64,000 nt of DNA from Candidatus Thorarchaeota archaeon (GTDB lineage: Archaea > Asgardarchaeota > Thorarchaeia > Thorarchaeales > Thorarchaeaceae). The stretch spans positions 93,743-157,742 of the forward strand of contig JBHLQM010000001.1 of assembly GCA_048884785.1 (NCBI GenBank), read 5' to 3'. Numbering within the stretch: the first letter of the stretch is position 1; every line of letters starts with the position of its first letter. Positions 10,811 to 21,388 of the stretch are shown in pieces. The notes beneath the pieces were generated by a model. It saw only the letters and a program-made list of their open reading frames with translations. It was not told the DNA's origin and ran no database searches. Position numbers and translations under genes: made by a program.

Positions 10811-10997
10811 GTGGAAGAACAACAACACAATCATTCTCATGAAGTATTGAGTCGAGTTCCTGCCTTTCACCATCTATGAGAACAACATGAGTTTCCGCCA
10901 AATTCAACTCCATCAGGAGTTGAGCCACTGTTTTAGTTTCGGTGATTACCAATTCTTGTACGCGTATCTTTGCGATTGGGCTGGTCACTTCACTCAC
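10794..10997 (-). CDS. MoaD/ThiS/SAMP family ubiquitin-like protein
   Basis: 67 aa, beta-grasp size, ends VVLPLIAGG. Confidence 0.85.
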   Translation of the reverse strand: MSEVTSPIAKIRVQELVITETKTVAQLLMELNLAETHVVLIDGERQELDSILHENDCVVVLPLIAGG

Positions 10998-11297
10998 TCA
11001 CTATGTTTAGGTTTCATTCCCTTATAGGCTTAATTGCAGGACAGGAATAAAATGACGATGATTCTAGATTTGACTTCGACAATATTAGAACTCTTAAACG
11101 ACGACAAAAATAAATATCAAATGCTTCTATTGTGATTTTTGTCGACATCAACAAAAGCTAGTGGATAACATTCGGTAAAAGACGTTGAAAATGAAGGAAC
11201 CAAACAGCAAGCTCTATAAAGGGTGAACCAACCCTCCATAAAAAACGACGTAATCAAGTTCGACTTTTACCGATATTATATGAGGAGAGAATATTTC

Positions 11298-12341
11298 ATG
11301 GTTGGTATAATAGGCTACGGCGTCTACATTCCTCGATACAGGATCAAAACAGAAGAGATTGCCCGGGTGTGGGGGGAATCTGGGGAGAATCTTGCGCAAG
11401 GTCTTGGTGTCTTTGAAAAATCCGTTCCAGGACCTGATGAGGATGTGGCAACAATTTCTGTGGAAGCAGCACGAAATGCTGTCAAATATGCAAGGATAGA
11501 CCCAAAGGATATTGGCGCGGTCTATGTAGGATCTGAATCACATCCCTACGCAGTGAAACCAACTGGCACAATTGTGGCTGAAGCAATCGAATGTACATAC
11601 GAAATGACCTGTGCAGACTTCGAGTTTGCCTGCAAAGCAGGCACTGCAGCAATTCAGACTTGCATGGGGCTTGTAGATTCAGATATGATCAAAATTGGTC
11701 TAGCAATAGGCTCTGACACGGCTCAGGGTCGTCCCGGAGACGCTCTTGAGTACTCAGCAGCAGCTGGAGGTGTTGCTATACTAGTTGGAAAGAAAAAGCC
11801 CGTTGCGACAATTGAAACCACTGTATCATTCACAACAGATACACCAGACTTTTGGCGAAGAGAGGGAGAAGATTTCCCGAGTCATGGAGCTAGGTTCACA
11901 GGTGAACCCGCATACTTCCGACACGTAGGAGAATGCGCCAAGCTTCTCCTAAAGAAAACCGGAACAACAGTGAATGATTGGGACTATTTCGTTTTCCATA
12001 TGCCAAATGGGAAATTCCCAATAGCCATGGGACGTCAGTTGGGTGTGCCACCAGAGAAGCTGGAAGACAGTCTGGTCGTACAGCAGATAGGGAATACATA
12101 CTCAGGATCTGCTATGATGGGACTTGCTAAACTTCTAGACATCGCTGAACCAGGTTCAAAGATATTCATGGTTTCTTATGGCTCTGGAGCTGGCAGCGAT
12201 GCGTTCGCAATTAAGGTGGAAGAAGAAATCCTGAAGCATAGAGGTGAAGTCCCAACAGTCGATGATTATGTTCATCGAAAGACATACGTTGAGTACGCCA
12301 CCTACGCCAAGTATAGGCGAAAGATAAAGGCACTTGGATAG
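11298..12341 (+). CDS. mvaS: Hydroxymethylglutaryl-CoA synthase (archaeal type)
   Basis: [32 protein letters not shown]; GAGGAG SD before ATG 11298. Confidence 0.95.
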   Translation: MVGIIGYGVYIPRYRIKTEEIARVWGESGENLAQGLGVFEKSVPGPDEDVATISVEAARNAVKYARIDPKDIGAVYVGSESHPYAVKPTGTIVAEAIECTYEMTCADFEFACKAGTAAIQTCMGLVDSDMIKIGLAIGSDTAQGRPGDALEYSAAAGGVAILVGKKKPVATIETTVSFTTDTPDFWRREGEDFPSHGARFTGEPAYFRHVGECAKLLLKKTGTTVNDWDYFVFHMPNGKFPIAMGRQLGVPPEKLEDSLVVQQIGNTYSGSAMMGLAKLLDIAEPGSKIFMVSYGSGAGSDAFAIKVEEEILKHRGEVPTVDDYVHRKTYVEYATYAKYRRKIKALG

Positions 12342-12352
12342 GAGGTTAGGTA

Positions 12353-13516
12353 ATGGGAAATAGAGTTGCAATTATAGGAGTAGGAATGAGTCAATTTGGT
12401 GAGCTTTGGGACAAGAACCTACGAGATATTACTCTTGATGCAGGAATGATGGCCATCTTTGATTCAGGTGTTTCTGGCTCTGAAATTGATGCGGTCTGCA
12501 TAGGGAATATGAGTGCCGGCCGTTTTACAGGACAAGAACATCTGGGTGCACTCGCTGCTGATATGGGTGGTCTTGGAAATATACCGGCGTATAGTGTTGA
12601 GGCTGCATGCGCCAGTGGAGGTGCGGCAGTTCGTCAAGCATACATGGCAATCAAATCCGGAGAACATGATATTATGCTTGTTCTAGGCTGCGAAAAGATG
12701 AGCGATGTCAACCAGACTGAAGCAATGAATACAATCAGTGTTGCCAGTGATTGGGAATGGGAAGGTATGTTTGGCGCAACCTTTCCGGCGCTCTATGCAT
12801 TTATGGCCAGAAGACACATGCTCGAATATGGCACCACGGAAGAGCAATTGAGCAAAGTGACCGTGAAAAACCACGCTAATGCTGCACACAATCCTTTTGC
12901 TCAATTCCAGAAAGCAGTTCCATTGAAAGTTGTGATGAGTTCAGGAATGCTGGCTGACCCAATTCGCATACTTCATTCTGCACCTGTTTCTGATGGAGCC
13001 GCTGGAGTCGTTATGTGCTCAGAAGCCGTAGCCAAGAAATTCACGGACACTGCAATATTTATCGAAGCCTCGACACAGGCAGGTGATACTCTTGCTCTTC
13101 ATGATAGAGAAGATATCACTACTATGAAAGCAGTCAAGATTTCTTCAAAACAGGCACTCGAAAGGGCAAAAATGGAAATCAATGATATCAATGTCTTTGA
13201 ACTACATGATTCTTTCACAATTAGTGAAATTATCCTTACTGAGGACATCGGCATCGCAAAGAAGGGGGAGGGCGGAAAAGCGATTGATGAAGGAATCACT
13301 GAAATCGGCGCCAAGTACCCTGTGAATCCAAGCGGAGGTCTCAAGGCAAGAGGGCATCCAATCGGTGCAACTGGAGTCGCCCAAATTGTTGAGTTGGCAC
13401 TTCAACTGCGCGGCGAATGTGATGGACGCCAGGTTAATGGGGCGACCACCGGTATGGCAGTGAATACAGGCGGAACCGGTGCAACTTCAATAGTTCATAT
13501 CCTAAGGAGAGAGTAA
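12353..13516 (+). CDS. Acetyl-CoA acetyltransferase (archaeal thiolase)
   Basis: EAACASG, KNH, ELHD, NPSGGLKARGHPIGATG; in an operon with HMG-CoA synthase. Confidence 0.95.
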   Translation: MGNRVAIIGVGMSQFGELWDKNLRDITLDAGMMAIFDSGVSGSEIDAVCIGNMSAGRFTGQEHLGALAADMGGLGNIPAYSVEAACASGGAAVRQAYMAIKSGEHDIMLVLGCEKMSDVNQTEAMNTISVASDWEWEGMFGATFPALYAFMARRHMLEYGTTEEQLSKVTVKNHANAAHNPFAQFQKAVPLKVVMSSGMLADPIRILHSAPVSDGAAGVVMCSEAVAKKFTDTAIFIEASTQAGDTLALHDREDITTMKAVKISSKQALERAKMEINDINVFELHDSFTISEIILTEDIGIAKKGEGGKAIDEGITEIGAKYPVNPSGGLKARGHPIGATGVAQIVELALQLRGECDGRQVNGATTGMAVNTGGTGATSIVHILRRE

Positions 13517-13518
13517 AT

Positions 13519-13953
13519 ATGGCAGAACAAGGTGTAGCAGGTGTTTGGAGAAAAATAAGGGCAATATATAACATACAGGGAGTTCAGTGTAAAACCTGTA
13601 AAACATTCTATTTCCCTCCAAGGTTGGTATGTCCTAATTGCCGGAGGAAAGGGCAGCTTGAACCCCACAAAATGAAGGGGTTAGGCAAGATTCATACCTT
13701 CGCTATTGTTCGGCAAGCTCCTGAGAACTTCAAAAGACAAATGCCATATGTTATAGCTCAAGTAGAGCTCGACGAAGGCGCCCGATTGACATCTCAGATA
13801 GTCAACGTGGATCCTGAAAATGTGAAGATTGGGATGCGCGTTCGAGCATGCTTTAGAAAGATTGTAGAGCATGGTCAGGAAGGAATCATTGTCTATGGAT
13901 ACAAATTCGAGCCCACCATGGACGTCACTGGGCACGACAAATCAAAGAAATAA
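13519..13953 (+). CDS. DUF35 Zn-ribbon/OB-fold scaffold of the thiolase-HMGCS complex
   Basis: CKTC..PPR..CPNC, YGYKF; operon position. Confidence 0.92.
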   Translation: MAEQGVAGVWRKIRAIYNIQGVQCKTCKTFYFPPRLVCPNCRRKGQLEPHKMKGLGKIHTFAIVRQAPENFKRQMPYVIAQVELDEGARLTSQIVNVDPENVKIGMRVRACFRKIVEHGQEGIIVYGYKFEPTMDVTGHDKSKK

Positions 13954-14637
13954 ATCCAATTCAGTGATTGTACCTACAGCGGGAAGGGCAACGTTCCTAA
14001 CGAGCGTTGTTCCTATTCTCGCTTCATGCACTTTTGAGTTATGGACATGACCATGGATGACTAAATCAGGGCTAACATTTGATATGACGGTGTAGAATTT
14101 TCTACTGCCAAGCCATGCAAAATCACGTTTGTTTTCACCTTCACAGGTTTCAATACACGGACTGTAATGCATCAAAAGAATACGATAGTCCGTCTTGTTG
14201 CTCAACCGTAGTAGAAGGGTTTCCGCGCGGTCAGCTCTTCTTCCAAAAGTGTCTTTGATTCCTGGCATGTTCTTCCTCTGCCAATTCGTAGGCTTATCTA
14301 AAGAGCCTTGGGTTCCCACAATTCCGATTCTAGCTCCGTTGATAGACACAATAGCTGATTTCTCATCCAAGATCTTTATTCGAGGATTCACAAGTTGAAG
14401 TATACGACCCCTTACCTCTGAATACTCCTCATTTCCAAAGCAACTCACAATGGGGAAGGAGTCGCCAAGTTCATTTTCAATAATGTCAAGCACCTTAGGA
14501 AACTCATCAGCAGAACCCCGATCTACAATATCTCCGGCAAGTAGAAACAAATCAGGAGTATCTAAAGACGATATGGCGCTCTGGAATTCTTTTGCGTATC
14601 GGGGGTAGTGTATATCACCTATAGCAAAGATCTTCAT
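13942..14637 (-). CDS. Metallophosphoesterase (calcineurin-like)
   Basis: GDIH, AGDIVD, GNEE, HGHVH. Confidence 0.9.
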   Translation of the reverse strand: MKIFAIGDIHYPRYAKEFQSAISSLDTPDLFLLAGDIVDRGSADEFPKVLDIIENELGDSFPIVSCFGNEEYSEVRGRILQLVNPRIKILDEKSAIVSINGARIGIVGTQGSLDKPTNWQRKNMPGIKDTFGRRADRAETLLLRLSNKTDYRILLMHYSPCIETCEGENKRDFAWLGSRKFYTVISNVSPDLVIHGHVHNSKVHEARIGTTLVRNVALPAVGTITELDLFL

Positions 14638-14703
14638 CGTTCCATACCGGCTCCGAACACTTCATAGGCAGGAGGCATAGATATTAAATCTTACAGATGC
14701 CTC

Positions 14704-15708
14704 TTGAGATTGAATGAAATGGTTGGAACATGGGCTTTGAACCTTTTTGACAGGTTGCACATCGGGCATCACGTCCTCATAGATTACCTAAAGGATATGC
14801 CAAAGCCAGTTGCGGCGATAACAAATGGTGAGATTGCATCAGGTGAACTGGAACTGGCCAAGCTGATTCAACCTCTTCATATCCGAAAATCGAATCTTGA
14901 AGGCTATCTGCAAAAGATGGAGCTATCAGATGCAATAGATGTCGCTACAGTTGTGAGCTATCAGGAATTGCTTGATATCAAGGATTCAACCACATTCCTA
15001 ATGTTTGAAGGGCCATGCTGCGATGAAATTGAGCAGAATGCTCTGAAGACGCGTTTTGAAAAGAAACAATTGATTGACGAAGTAATAAGACTGAAACCAG
15101 TCAGGGCTCTGGATGGCGATAAGATGTCCTCAGCCAGAATTCGAATGGGTGATGTCGATAGAGAAGGCCGTCCACTGAGAGGTACAACTGAACACCCGAG
15201 AAAACTACCTGATGAAAATAGGAGCCAGTTGAAAGCACCCAAAGGACAAGTATTCGATAGTGCGAAAGGACCTCCTGAGAAAGAAGTCGTTCTTCGACTT
15301 AAGAAGGAAAAGCCGGCGTGTGTTATTGCTGTAGGAGATGTTACAAGTTCCACACTGAAAGCAGAGGGATATGAACCAGATGTTTGTGTGGTAGATGGGA
15401 TAACCAAACGAGGCGCATTCGAGGGTGAATTCGCGGCTGAGATTGAGTATAAAATTTACAATCCCCCAGCAATGATATATCCTGAAGCATGGTCAGTTAT
15501 GGATACTGCAATTCATGATGGCAAGAAGTCGCTGGTCATCGTTGAAGGAGAGGAGGATCTCATCGGATTCCCAGCATTACTGCTTGCAGAGGACAGTTCC
15601 GTAATGCTCTATGGACAGCCAGATGTCGGGATTGTATGGGTACCTGTGAATCAAGAGAATAAAAAAATCGCACGAGGATTTCTGGAGCAAATGCCCATCA
15701 TATTCTAA
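14704..15708 (+). CDS. Fused phosphopantetheine adenylyltransferase / GTP-dependent dephospho-CoA kinase (DUF359)
   Basis: N-terminal FDRLHIGH and KMSSARIR; C-terminal VGDVT, VDGITKR, NPPA, VEGEEDL, YGQP. Start may be ATG 14719. Confidence 0.85.
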   Translation: MRLNEMVGTWALNLFDRLHIGHHVLIDYLKDMPKPVAAITNGEIASGELELAKLIQPLHIRKSNLEGYLQKMELSDAIDVATVVSYQELLDIKDSTTFLMFEGPCCDEIEQNALKTRFEKKQLIDEVIRLKPVRALDGDKMSSARIRMGDVDREGRPLRGTTEHPRKLPDENRSQLKAPKGQVFDSAKGPPEKEVVLRLKKEKPACVIAVGDVTSSTLKAEGYEPDVCVVDGITKRGAFEGEFAAEIEYKIYNPPAMIYPEAWSVMDTAIHDGKKSLVIVEGEEDLIGFPALLLAEDSSVMLYGQPDVGIVWVPVNQENKKIARGFLEQMPIIF

Positions 15709-15710
15709 AG

Positions 15711-17225
15711 CTAGGGTTTCATTACCAATGGAATCCGTTCAATACAGTCAGTCGCAAGTATTCTGCCACCAAAATCGCAGCTTGCCATTTCACCTGCAAG
15801 TCCTGAGACATGCGCAGCTGCACACGCCGCATTGAAAGCTCCTAGATTTCTTGCTAGAAAGGCGGAGGTGATTCCAGTCAATACGTCTCCGGTTCCGCCC
15901 ACAGTCATTGCAGGACATCCAGTCTTATTCAGTTTGTATTTCCCCTCAGGATTTGCTATGACATCTACCGCACCTTTCAGAAGAATTACTGCTTCATACT
16001 TCTTCGAGGCTTCAACTGCGTGTTCAATGCGAAGAGAGGAGTCATAGGTTGATTCAATCTTTTTACCAAGCAGTATTTGCAGTTCGCCCCAATGTGGAGT
16101 GAGCACAGTCTTGTCTGATTCAAATCTTTGAGTTGTCTGTGCAAGAGCTTTAAGCCCGTCAGCGTCGACGACCAGCGGCTTGCCCAAAGATGCTAGTCCT
16201 TCCAAAATCTCTTTGAATGCACTAATGGATTCCTTGGCAACACCCATTCCTGGACCCAGAGCAATGACATCGTTTTTCATTGCTGCATCAAGAACTACAT
16301 CTAATGAACTAATGTCCAATACTGAAGTCCCCAGATTTTGCACCATTAAATTAGGGCCATAGGAACGAATTGCAGGTACAACAGGATCAGGGGCCATTAT
16401 AGTCACAAGATCGGCACCGCTTCTTAATGCAGCAAGACCTGCCAATGCTGGTGCCCCAGAGTAAACATCACTACCTCCAACAATCAGAATGCGCCCGTAG
16501 TCGCCCTTCTTGGATTCAAGCGGTCGCGGTCTGTTGAACAGCCAAAGGTCGCCTAACCCGCAAATCGATTTGGCTTCTTCAGGGATGCCAATTGGTACCA
16601 CGAGCAGTTTTCCAGTGAGTTCAGGGTTAGTTAAGAAACCAGGTTTGGGGGCATGCAATGTAATGGTATAGTCAGCTTTCACGGCTACACCCATAGCCTT
16701 GCCCGTATCAGAGTTCATACCGCTCGGGACATCAATAGAGTATTTGGCAGCAGTAGATTTGTTGACCAATCTAATAGCGGACTCTATTGGCTCACGGACT
16801 CTAGAAGTAAGTCCGAAGCCCAGAAGTGCATCAATTAGGATGTCTGTTTCGAGTACTGACTTTTCTTTTCTGATGGCTGTTTCAGTGTTCAGTACTGCAA
16901 TTGGCATGGTGTCCATCCTTTCAAGAGTATTCCAATTACGTTGCGTATCCTCGCTTGAAATTCGGAGCGGATCACCTATCAGCATGACCTGAACCGAAGC
17001 TCCTGCTTCTTGGAGATAGCGAGCAGCGACCATACCATCTCCACCATTTCCACCAACACCGCATAGAATTGATATCTGTGCATCCTTGACTTTTTCAATA
17101 CTACAGATAGATCGAGCGACCTCTCTACCAGCATTCTCCATCAATGTACCCAGTGAAACTCCTAGGTATACTGCATTTAGTTCAAGTACACGCATCTCGG
17201 AAGCAGTCATAGGGACTTGATTCAA
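15711..17225 (-). CDS. nnr: Bifunctional NAD(P)H-hydrate epimerase/dehydratase
   Basis: LMENAG, GNGGDG, DVPSG, KGDYG, TPHWGE, GGTGDVL. Confidence 0.95.
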   Translation of the reverse strand: MNQVPMTASEMRVLELNAVYLGVSLGTLMENAGREVARSICSIEKVKDAQISILCGVGGNGGDGMVAARYLQEAGASVQVMLIGDPLRISSEDTQRNWNTLERMDTMPIAVLNTETAIRKEKSVLETDILIDALLGFGLTSRVREPIESAIRLVNKSTAAKYSIDVPSGMNSDTGKAMGVAVKADYTITLHAPKPGFLTNPELTGKLLVVPIGIPEEAKSICGLGDLWLFNRPRPLESKKGDYGRILIVGGSDVYSGAPALAGLAALRSGADLVTIMAPDPVVPAIRSYGPNLMVQNLGTSVLDISSLDVVLDAAMKNDVIALGPGMGVAKESISAFKEILEGLASLGKPLVVDADGLKALAQTTQRFESDKTVLTPHWGELQILLGKKIESTYDSSLRIEHAVEASKKYEAVILLKGAVDVIANPEGKYKLNKTGCPAMTVGGTGDVLTGITSAFLARNLGAFNAACAAAHVSGLAGEMASCDFGGRILATDCIERIPLVMKP

Positions 17226-17308
17226 TGAATCACCGATTTACATCAGATGCATTGCTCACTAAAGAATTCTTAGGAAAAGTCTTGATGACTTTGTCAATAC
17301 AAGATAGC

Positions 17309-18736
17309 CTATTCCTTCTTCCCATTAGTGATATAGTCATGCATGCCTCTGGCTGCTCGCTTACCTGCACCCATTGCACTAATCACTGTAGCGGCACCTG
17401 TTACTATATCACCACCAGCAAACACACCAGGAATACTTGACATTCCAGTTTCTTCATTGACCTCAATAGTACCCCATGCAGAAACATCAAGACCAGGAGT
17501 TGTTGAGGGAATGATTGGATTTGGTGAGTTCCCAATTGCCACAATTACCATGTCAACATCGAGAACAAACTCTGAGCCAGGAATAACAACCGGACGCCTT
17601 CTACCTGAGGCATCAGGTTCACCAAGCTCCATCTTTACACACTTCATCCCAAGAACATGGCCTTTTTCATCTCCAATGACCTCAACGGGGTTCATGAGAA
17701 GGTTGAACTGAACACCCTCTTCCTCGGCATGATGAACCTCTTCTGCTCTTGCAGGCATTTCCTCTCTGGACCTGCGATAAACAATATACACCTTCTCTGC
17801 TCCAAGTCTAAGAGAGGTCCTAGCTGCATCCATTGCAACATTTCCACCTCCAATGACAGCAACCTTCTTCCCAATGTTCACTGGTGTGTCAAACTCAGGG
17901 AATAAGTAGCCTTTCATTAGATTGACTCTGGTTAGGAACTCATTTGCAGAAAAAACATCAACCAGGTTCATCCCTGGGATGTTCATGAAGTTCGGGGCAC
18001 CAGCTCCAGATCCAATAAAGACTGCCGAATAGCCATTCTCCATAAGCTCCGGAATTGTTCTAATCTTTCCAATCACATGATTATATTTGACTTCAACACC
18101 CAACCGTTCTAGATATTCCACCTCAGCATTAACGATTGCCTTTGGAAGTCTGAATTCTGGAATTCCATATTGCAGAACACCTCCTGGTTTGTGGAATGCC
18201 TCAAAGATAGTAACATCATAGCCCAAAAGAGTAAGATCGCCTGCACAAGTGAGACCAGCGGGTCCAGAGCCAATTACGGCGACCTTCTTTCCAATCTTAG
18301 AAGGAAGTTCGGGAATAGGTTCTCCATGCTCGCGAGCATAGTCTGCCACAAATCTTTCCAACCGGCCAATCGCGATTGGCTCATTACGAATTCCATAGAT
18401 ACATTTCATTTCACACTGTGTTTCTTGAGGACAAACTCTGCCACAGACTGCAGGTAGGCTGTTGGTTTCCTTAATTTTGGCTGCAGCCGCCATGAAATCT
18501 CCCTGTCTGATGAACTCGATGAATTCTTTGATTGGCACCTCAACAGGGCATCCTACAACACACTTCGGATTTCGGCACTGCAAGCATTTTTCGGCCTCTG
18601 CCATGACCTGCTCCTTTGTATAACCAAGAGCAACCTCAGAGAAGTTCTTGCTTCGCTTATGAGGGTCTTGCTCAGGCATGGGCACCTTTTTGGTCGGAGG
18701 TTTCCTCTCTTTCTTCTCTGATTTCTCTTCAGTCAT
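17309..18736 (-). CDS. nfnB: Electron-bifurcating transhydrogenase large subunit (NfnB/SudA, GltD-like)
   Basis: CLQC..CVVGCP, CGRVCPQETQCE, GSGPAG, GGGNVAMD; adjacent to nfnA. Confidence 0.9.
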   Translation of the reverse strand: MTEEKSEKKERKPPTKKVPMPEQDPHKRSKNFSEVALGYTKEQVMAEAEKCLQCRNPKCVVGCPVEVPIKEFIEFIRQGDFMAAAAKIKETNSLPAVCGRVCPQETQCEMKCIYGIRNEPIAIGRLERFVADYAREHGEPIPELPSKIGKKVAVIGSGPAGLTCAGDLTLLGYDVTIFEAFHKPGGVLQYGIPEFRLPKAIVNAEVEYLERLGVEVKYNHVIGKIRTIPELMENGYSAVFIGSGAGAPNFMNIPGMNLVDVFSANEFLTRVNLMKGYLFPEFDTPVNIGKKVAVIGGGNVAMDAARTSLRLGAEKVYIVYRRSREEMPARAEEVHHAEEEGVQFNLLMNPVEVIGDEKGHVLGMKCVKMELGEPDASGRRRPVVIPGSEFVLDVDMVIVAIGNSPNPIIPSTTPGLDVSAWGTIEVNEETGMSSIPGVFAGGDIVTGAATVISAMGAGKRAARGMHDYITNGKKE

Positions 18737-19584
18737 TATGCAGAACCCTCCTGTTTGACCCAGCGTTCATTTGAAACCGCCTCTTTCTCCCTATATGCAT
18801 TCAATCTCGCCATTAATTCGTTGAAGTCTACCTTATGGCCATCAAATTCTGGTCCATCCACACATGCGAATTTCATCTGTCCGTCTACACTCACACGGCA
18901 TGCACCACACATTCCAGTTCCGTCAACCATGATGCTATTCAGACTAACAATGGTGTGTATCTTCTTTGCTTCAGTTGTTTTCGAAACGAATTTCATCATG
19001 GGAGCTGGCCCAACCGCAAAAACGAGATCTATTTGCCGTCCTTGTTGAATCAAATCGCTCAATACATTTGTGACAAATCCGTGGACACCGCAGGATCCAT
19101 CATCAGTGGTGATATATGACTCGTCACTAATCTTTTCCATCTCATCTCGATAGATGAGAAGATCCATGCTTCTGGCGCCATTAATTGCAATCAAGTAATT
19201 GCCCGCATCTTTGAACGCCTTTGCGACTGGATAGGCAATTGCGCTACCGCAACCACCTCCAATGGCAACAACAGTTCCGAACTTCTTAGTTTCTGTTGGT
19301 CTTCCTAGAGGGCCAACAAAATCTTGAATGAACTCACCCTCTTCGAGACTACCGAGCAGCTTAGTAGTCTTTCCCACTTCCTGATAGACTATCGTAACTT
19401 CTCCGCGTTCACGATTGAAGTCGCCTACTGTTAACGGGATGCGTTCTCCAGTTTCATTCACACGAATCATAACGAACTGACCTGGATTGCAAACTCGTGC
19501 CACTTCTGGTGCGTTAACAACCATCATAGTGGTTCTTGTGCCTCCAATATTGGCAAGAACTTGTTTCTTTACAATCTCGTACAT
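18736..19584 (-). CDS. nfnA: Electron-bifurcating transhydrogenase small subunit (NfnA/SudB)
   Basis: PGQF, ERIPLT, DGTGMCGACR [2Fe-2S] motif, CVDGPEF. Confidence 0.92.
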   Translation of the reverse strand: MYEIVKKQVLANIGGTRTTMMVVNAPEVARVCNPGQFVMIRVNETGERIPLTVGDFNRERGEVTIVYQEVGKTTKLLGSLEEGEFIQDFVGPLGRPTETKKFGTVVAIGGGCGSAIAYPVAKAFKDAGNYLIAINGARSMDLLIYRDEMEKISDESYITTDDGSCGVHGFVTNVLSDLIQQGRQIDLVFAVGPAPMMKFVSKTTEAKKIHTIVSLNSIMVDGTGMCGACRVSVDGQMKFACVDGPEFDGHKVDFNELMARLNAYREKEAVSNERWVKQEGSA

Positions 19585-19670
19585 CACATCACTGCCTCGT
19601 CTCAGAGGGCCCAGCATAAGTGGGATTGAGAGACACGGGGGCGGTCGCAGCGCATTGACATGATAAAGGT

Positions 19671-21371
19671 TTAGGTGCTGTGCAAGTATGTTCGCTGAAT
19701 CTCAGTGACTACAAGGCCTGGAAGATCCTTCACCGAGTTCACAGGAATGACAACGCCTCCGGCCTTTACCAACCGAAGAGCAGCTTTTGATATTTTACCT
19801 CTTTTTGCACCGATATGAAAAATAAACAGCTTGTGACCTTGTTTAGAAAGCGAGTCGACGGTTTTGACAAAAGGACCCCAATTTGATACTCCGATGTCCG
19901 TTATGATTACGCTCATAACCTTGGATCTCGCCGTATCGCATAGCTCTTTGATAGCTTTTACGGGCATCACAGTTCCTCCCCCCTGATAGGCGAGTAGTGT
20001 ATCTTCAAGTAGATGCCTTTCTCGGGTCCATTCACATCTCAAGATACTCCCAGAGAAATTAATTGCAGCAACTTGACTGCTGCATCTGAGGGCTGTATCC
20101 ACAGAAGCGAGAGAAGCAACTAGAGCAGTATGATAAGGCCCACGCAGATTCTTCGAACCCATCTCCCAGGTCATAGAACCACTTGAATCTAGTACTACAA
20201 GGAGATCAGGAAGGTCTTCATCATGACTCACTCCATAGTGTGTGGCTCTCATCCAACGGCGAGTCGACATATTGGGAACCAGTACAGGAAAAGTCTGAAG
20301 CGATTGAACAACATCGAGTTCCTCGATCGGGTCTCCCAATCTCCATGCCTCAGTGGCAAGAGGCGTAGCTCCTTTGGAGCGCTTGTGCCGGACTCGAAAC
20401 CGAAGCAACCCTTGTACCTTCGCCCGATACCAGAAACGGATCCATTCCCCCTTCAGGGTTCCTCCATGTAGAATATAAACGGCTTCAAGATCCTTCAAAC
20501 TTCCTCCTCGATCCTCAACTTCAATTGCCAGACGTTCCATCACTTCATCGGGATTCTCCACTTGCTCGTTACTACCACATTTGCGTACTCGTTCCCCATT
20601 TCTATCTTCTACAGGACTTCCCATAATAACATCCAAGTCAACAGGAATCGTAATTGGCTGTTCTGAAGCATCTCCAGAATTAGGAATTGACACCCCAGAT
20701 CCTTCAAAGGGATCTTGATTTTTTGGCAGCCATTCTGTGATGACTTTTGCTATTTCTTCAGTAGCCTTTGGCCATTTATTCTCGGAGTCCATATTATTCC
20801 GAGCGATTTCTATTATCTTTTCAGCGACTGCAACAGTTGACTCGTCAATCTCAACCCCAAAGGGAACAGGAAACCCCCACATCACCCTATAGGCTGCCAC
20901 AACAAGTTGCCAGAGTGAGCTATGCTCTCTTGTTCTAAGGGATGAGTCATGAATAGATGTTTGGATTCTGGAGTGTGTTAGTGAGGGGTATCTCTTTAGA
21001 AGACTGGAATCTACCACCAAATCCGCAAAGATATTGCAGACAAACATTGCTACTGGGTCTGGAAGATGCTTTCTAGCTCCTGCAAACATCATACCATTTG
21101 TAACTCCATCAAAGGGACACACAAGGTAGTGCTGAATTTCATGGTGGCAGATGGATCGAAGATAAGGCTCAGCATCGTTTGAATCAAGGTTCAACGGGAC
21201 ACCGGCTGTATTCAGATGAACCGTCCAGTTATTCGAATCAATATAGAAGTAGGATGCGGCAGACTCATTGTATTCGATTGTTGGCTCAGGCAAAGGAGGA
21301 TGATAAAAGTCAGATAGAGCTCTAGCCCATGCGCGGCTGGCTGCAACTTCAAGGCTGTCACTTCTTGACAT
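19671..21371 (-). CDS. VWA-domain protein with an N-terminal zincin-like metallopeptidase domain
   Basis: HHEIQH (HExxH) and a MIDAS motif DSSGS..GGT..ITD. Confidence 0.8.
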   Translation of the reverse strand: MSRSDSLEVAASRAWARALSDFYHPPLPEPTIEYNESAASYFYIDSNNWTVHLNTAGVPLNLDSNDAEPYLRSICHHEIQHYLVCPFDGVTNGMMFAGARKHLPDPVAMFVCNIFADLVVDSSLLKRYPSLTHSRIQTSIHDSSLRTREHSSLWQLVVAAYRVMWGFPVPFGVEIDESTVAVAEKIIEIARNNMDSENKWPKATEEIAKVITEWLPKNQDPFEGSGVSIPNSGDASEQPITIPVDLDVIMGSPVEDRNGERVRKCGSNEQVENPDEVMERLAIEVEDRGGSLKDLEAVYILHGGTLKGEWIRFWYRAKVQGLLRFRVRHKRSKGATPLATEAWRLGDPIEELDVVQSLQTFPVLVPNMSTRRWMRATHYGVSHDEDLPDLLVVLDSSGSMTWEMGSKNLRGPYHTALVASLASVDTALRCSSQVAAINFSGSILRCEWTRERHLLEDTLLAYQGGGTVMPVKAIKELCDTARSKVMSVIITDIGVSNWGPFVKTVDSLSKQGHKLFIFHIGAKRGKISKAALRLVKAGGVVIPVNSVKDLPGLVVTEIQRTYLHST

Positions 21372-21388
21372 TTCTCACATATCCATTT

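Noticed and set aside
17309-18736. Glutamate synthase small subunit
   Set aside because: No gltB nearby; pairing with the NfnA/SudB gene indicates Nfn.
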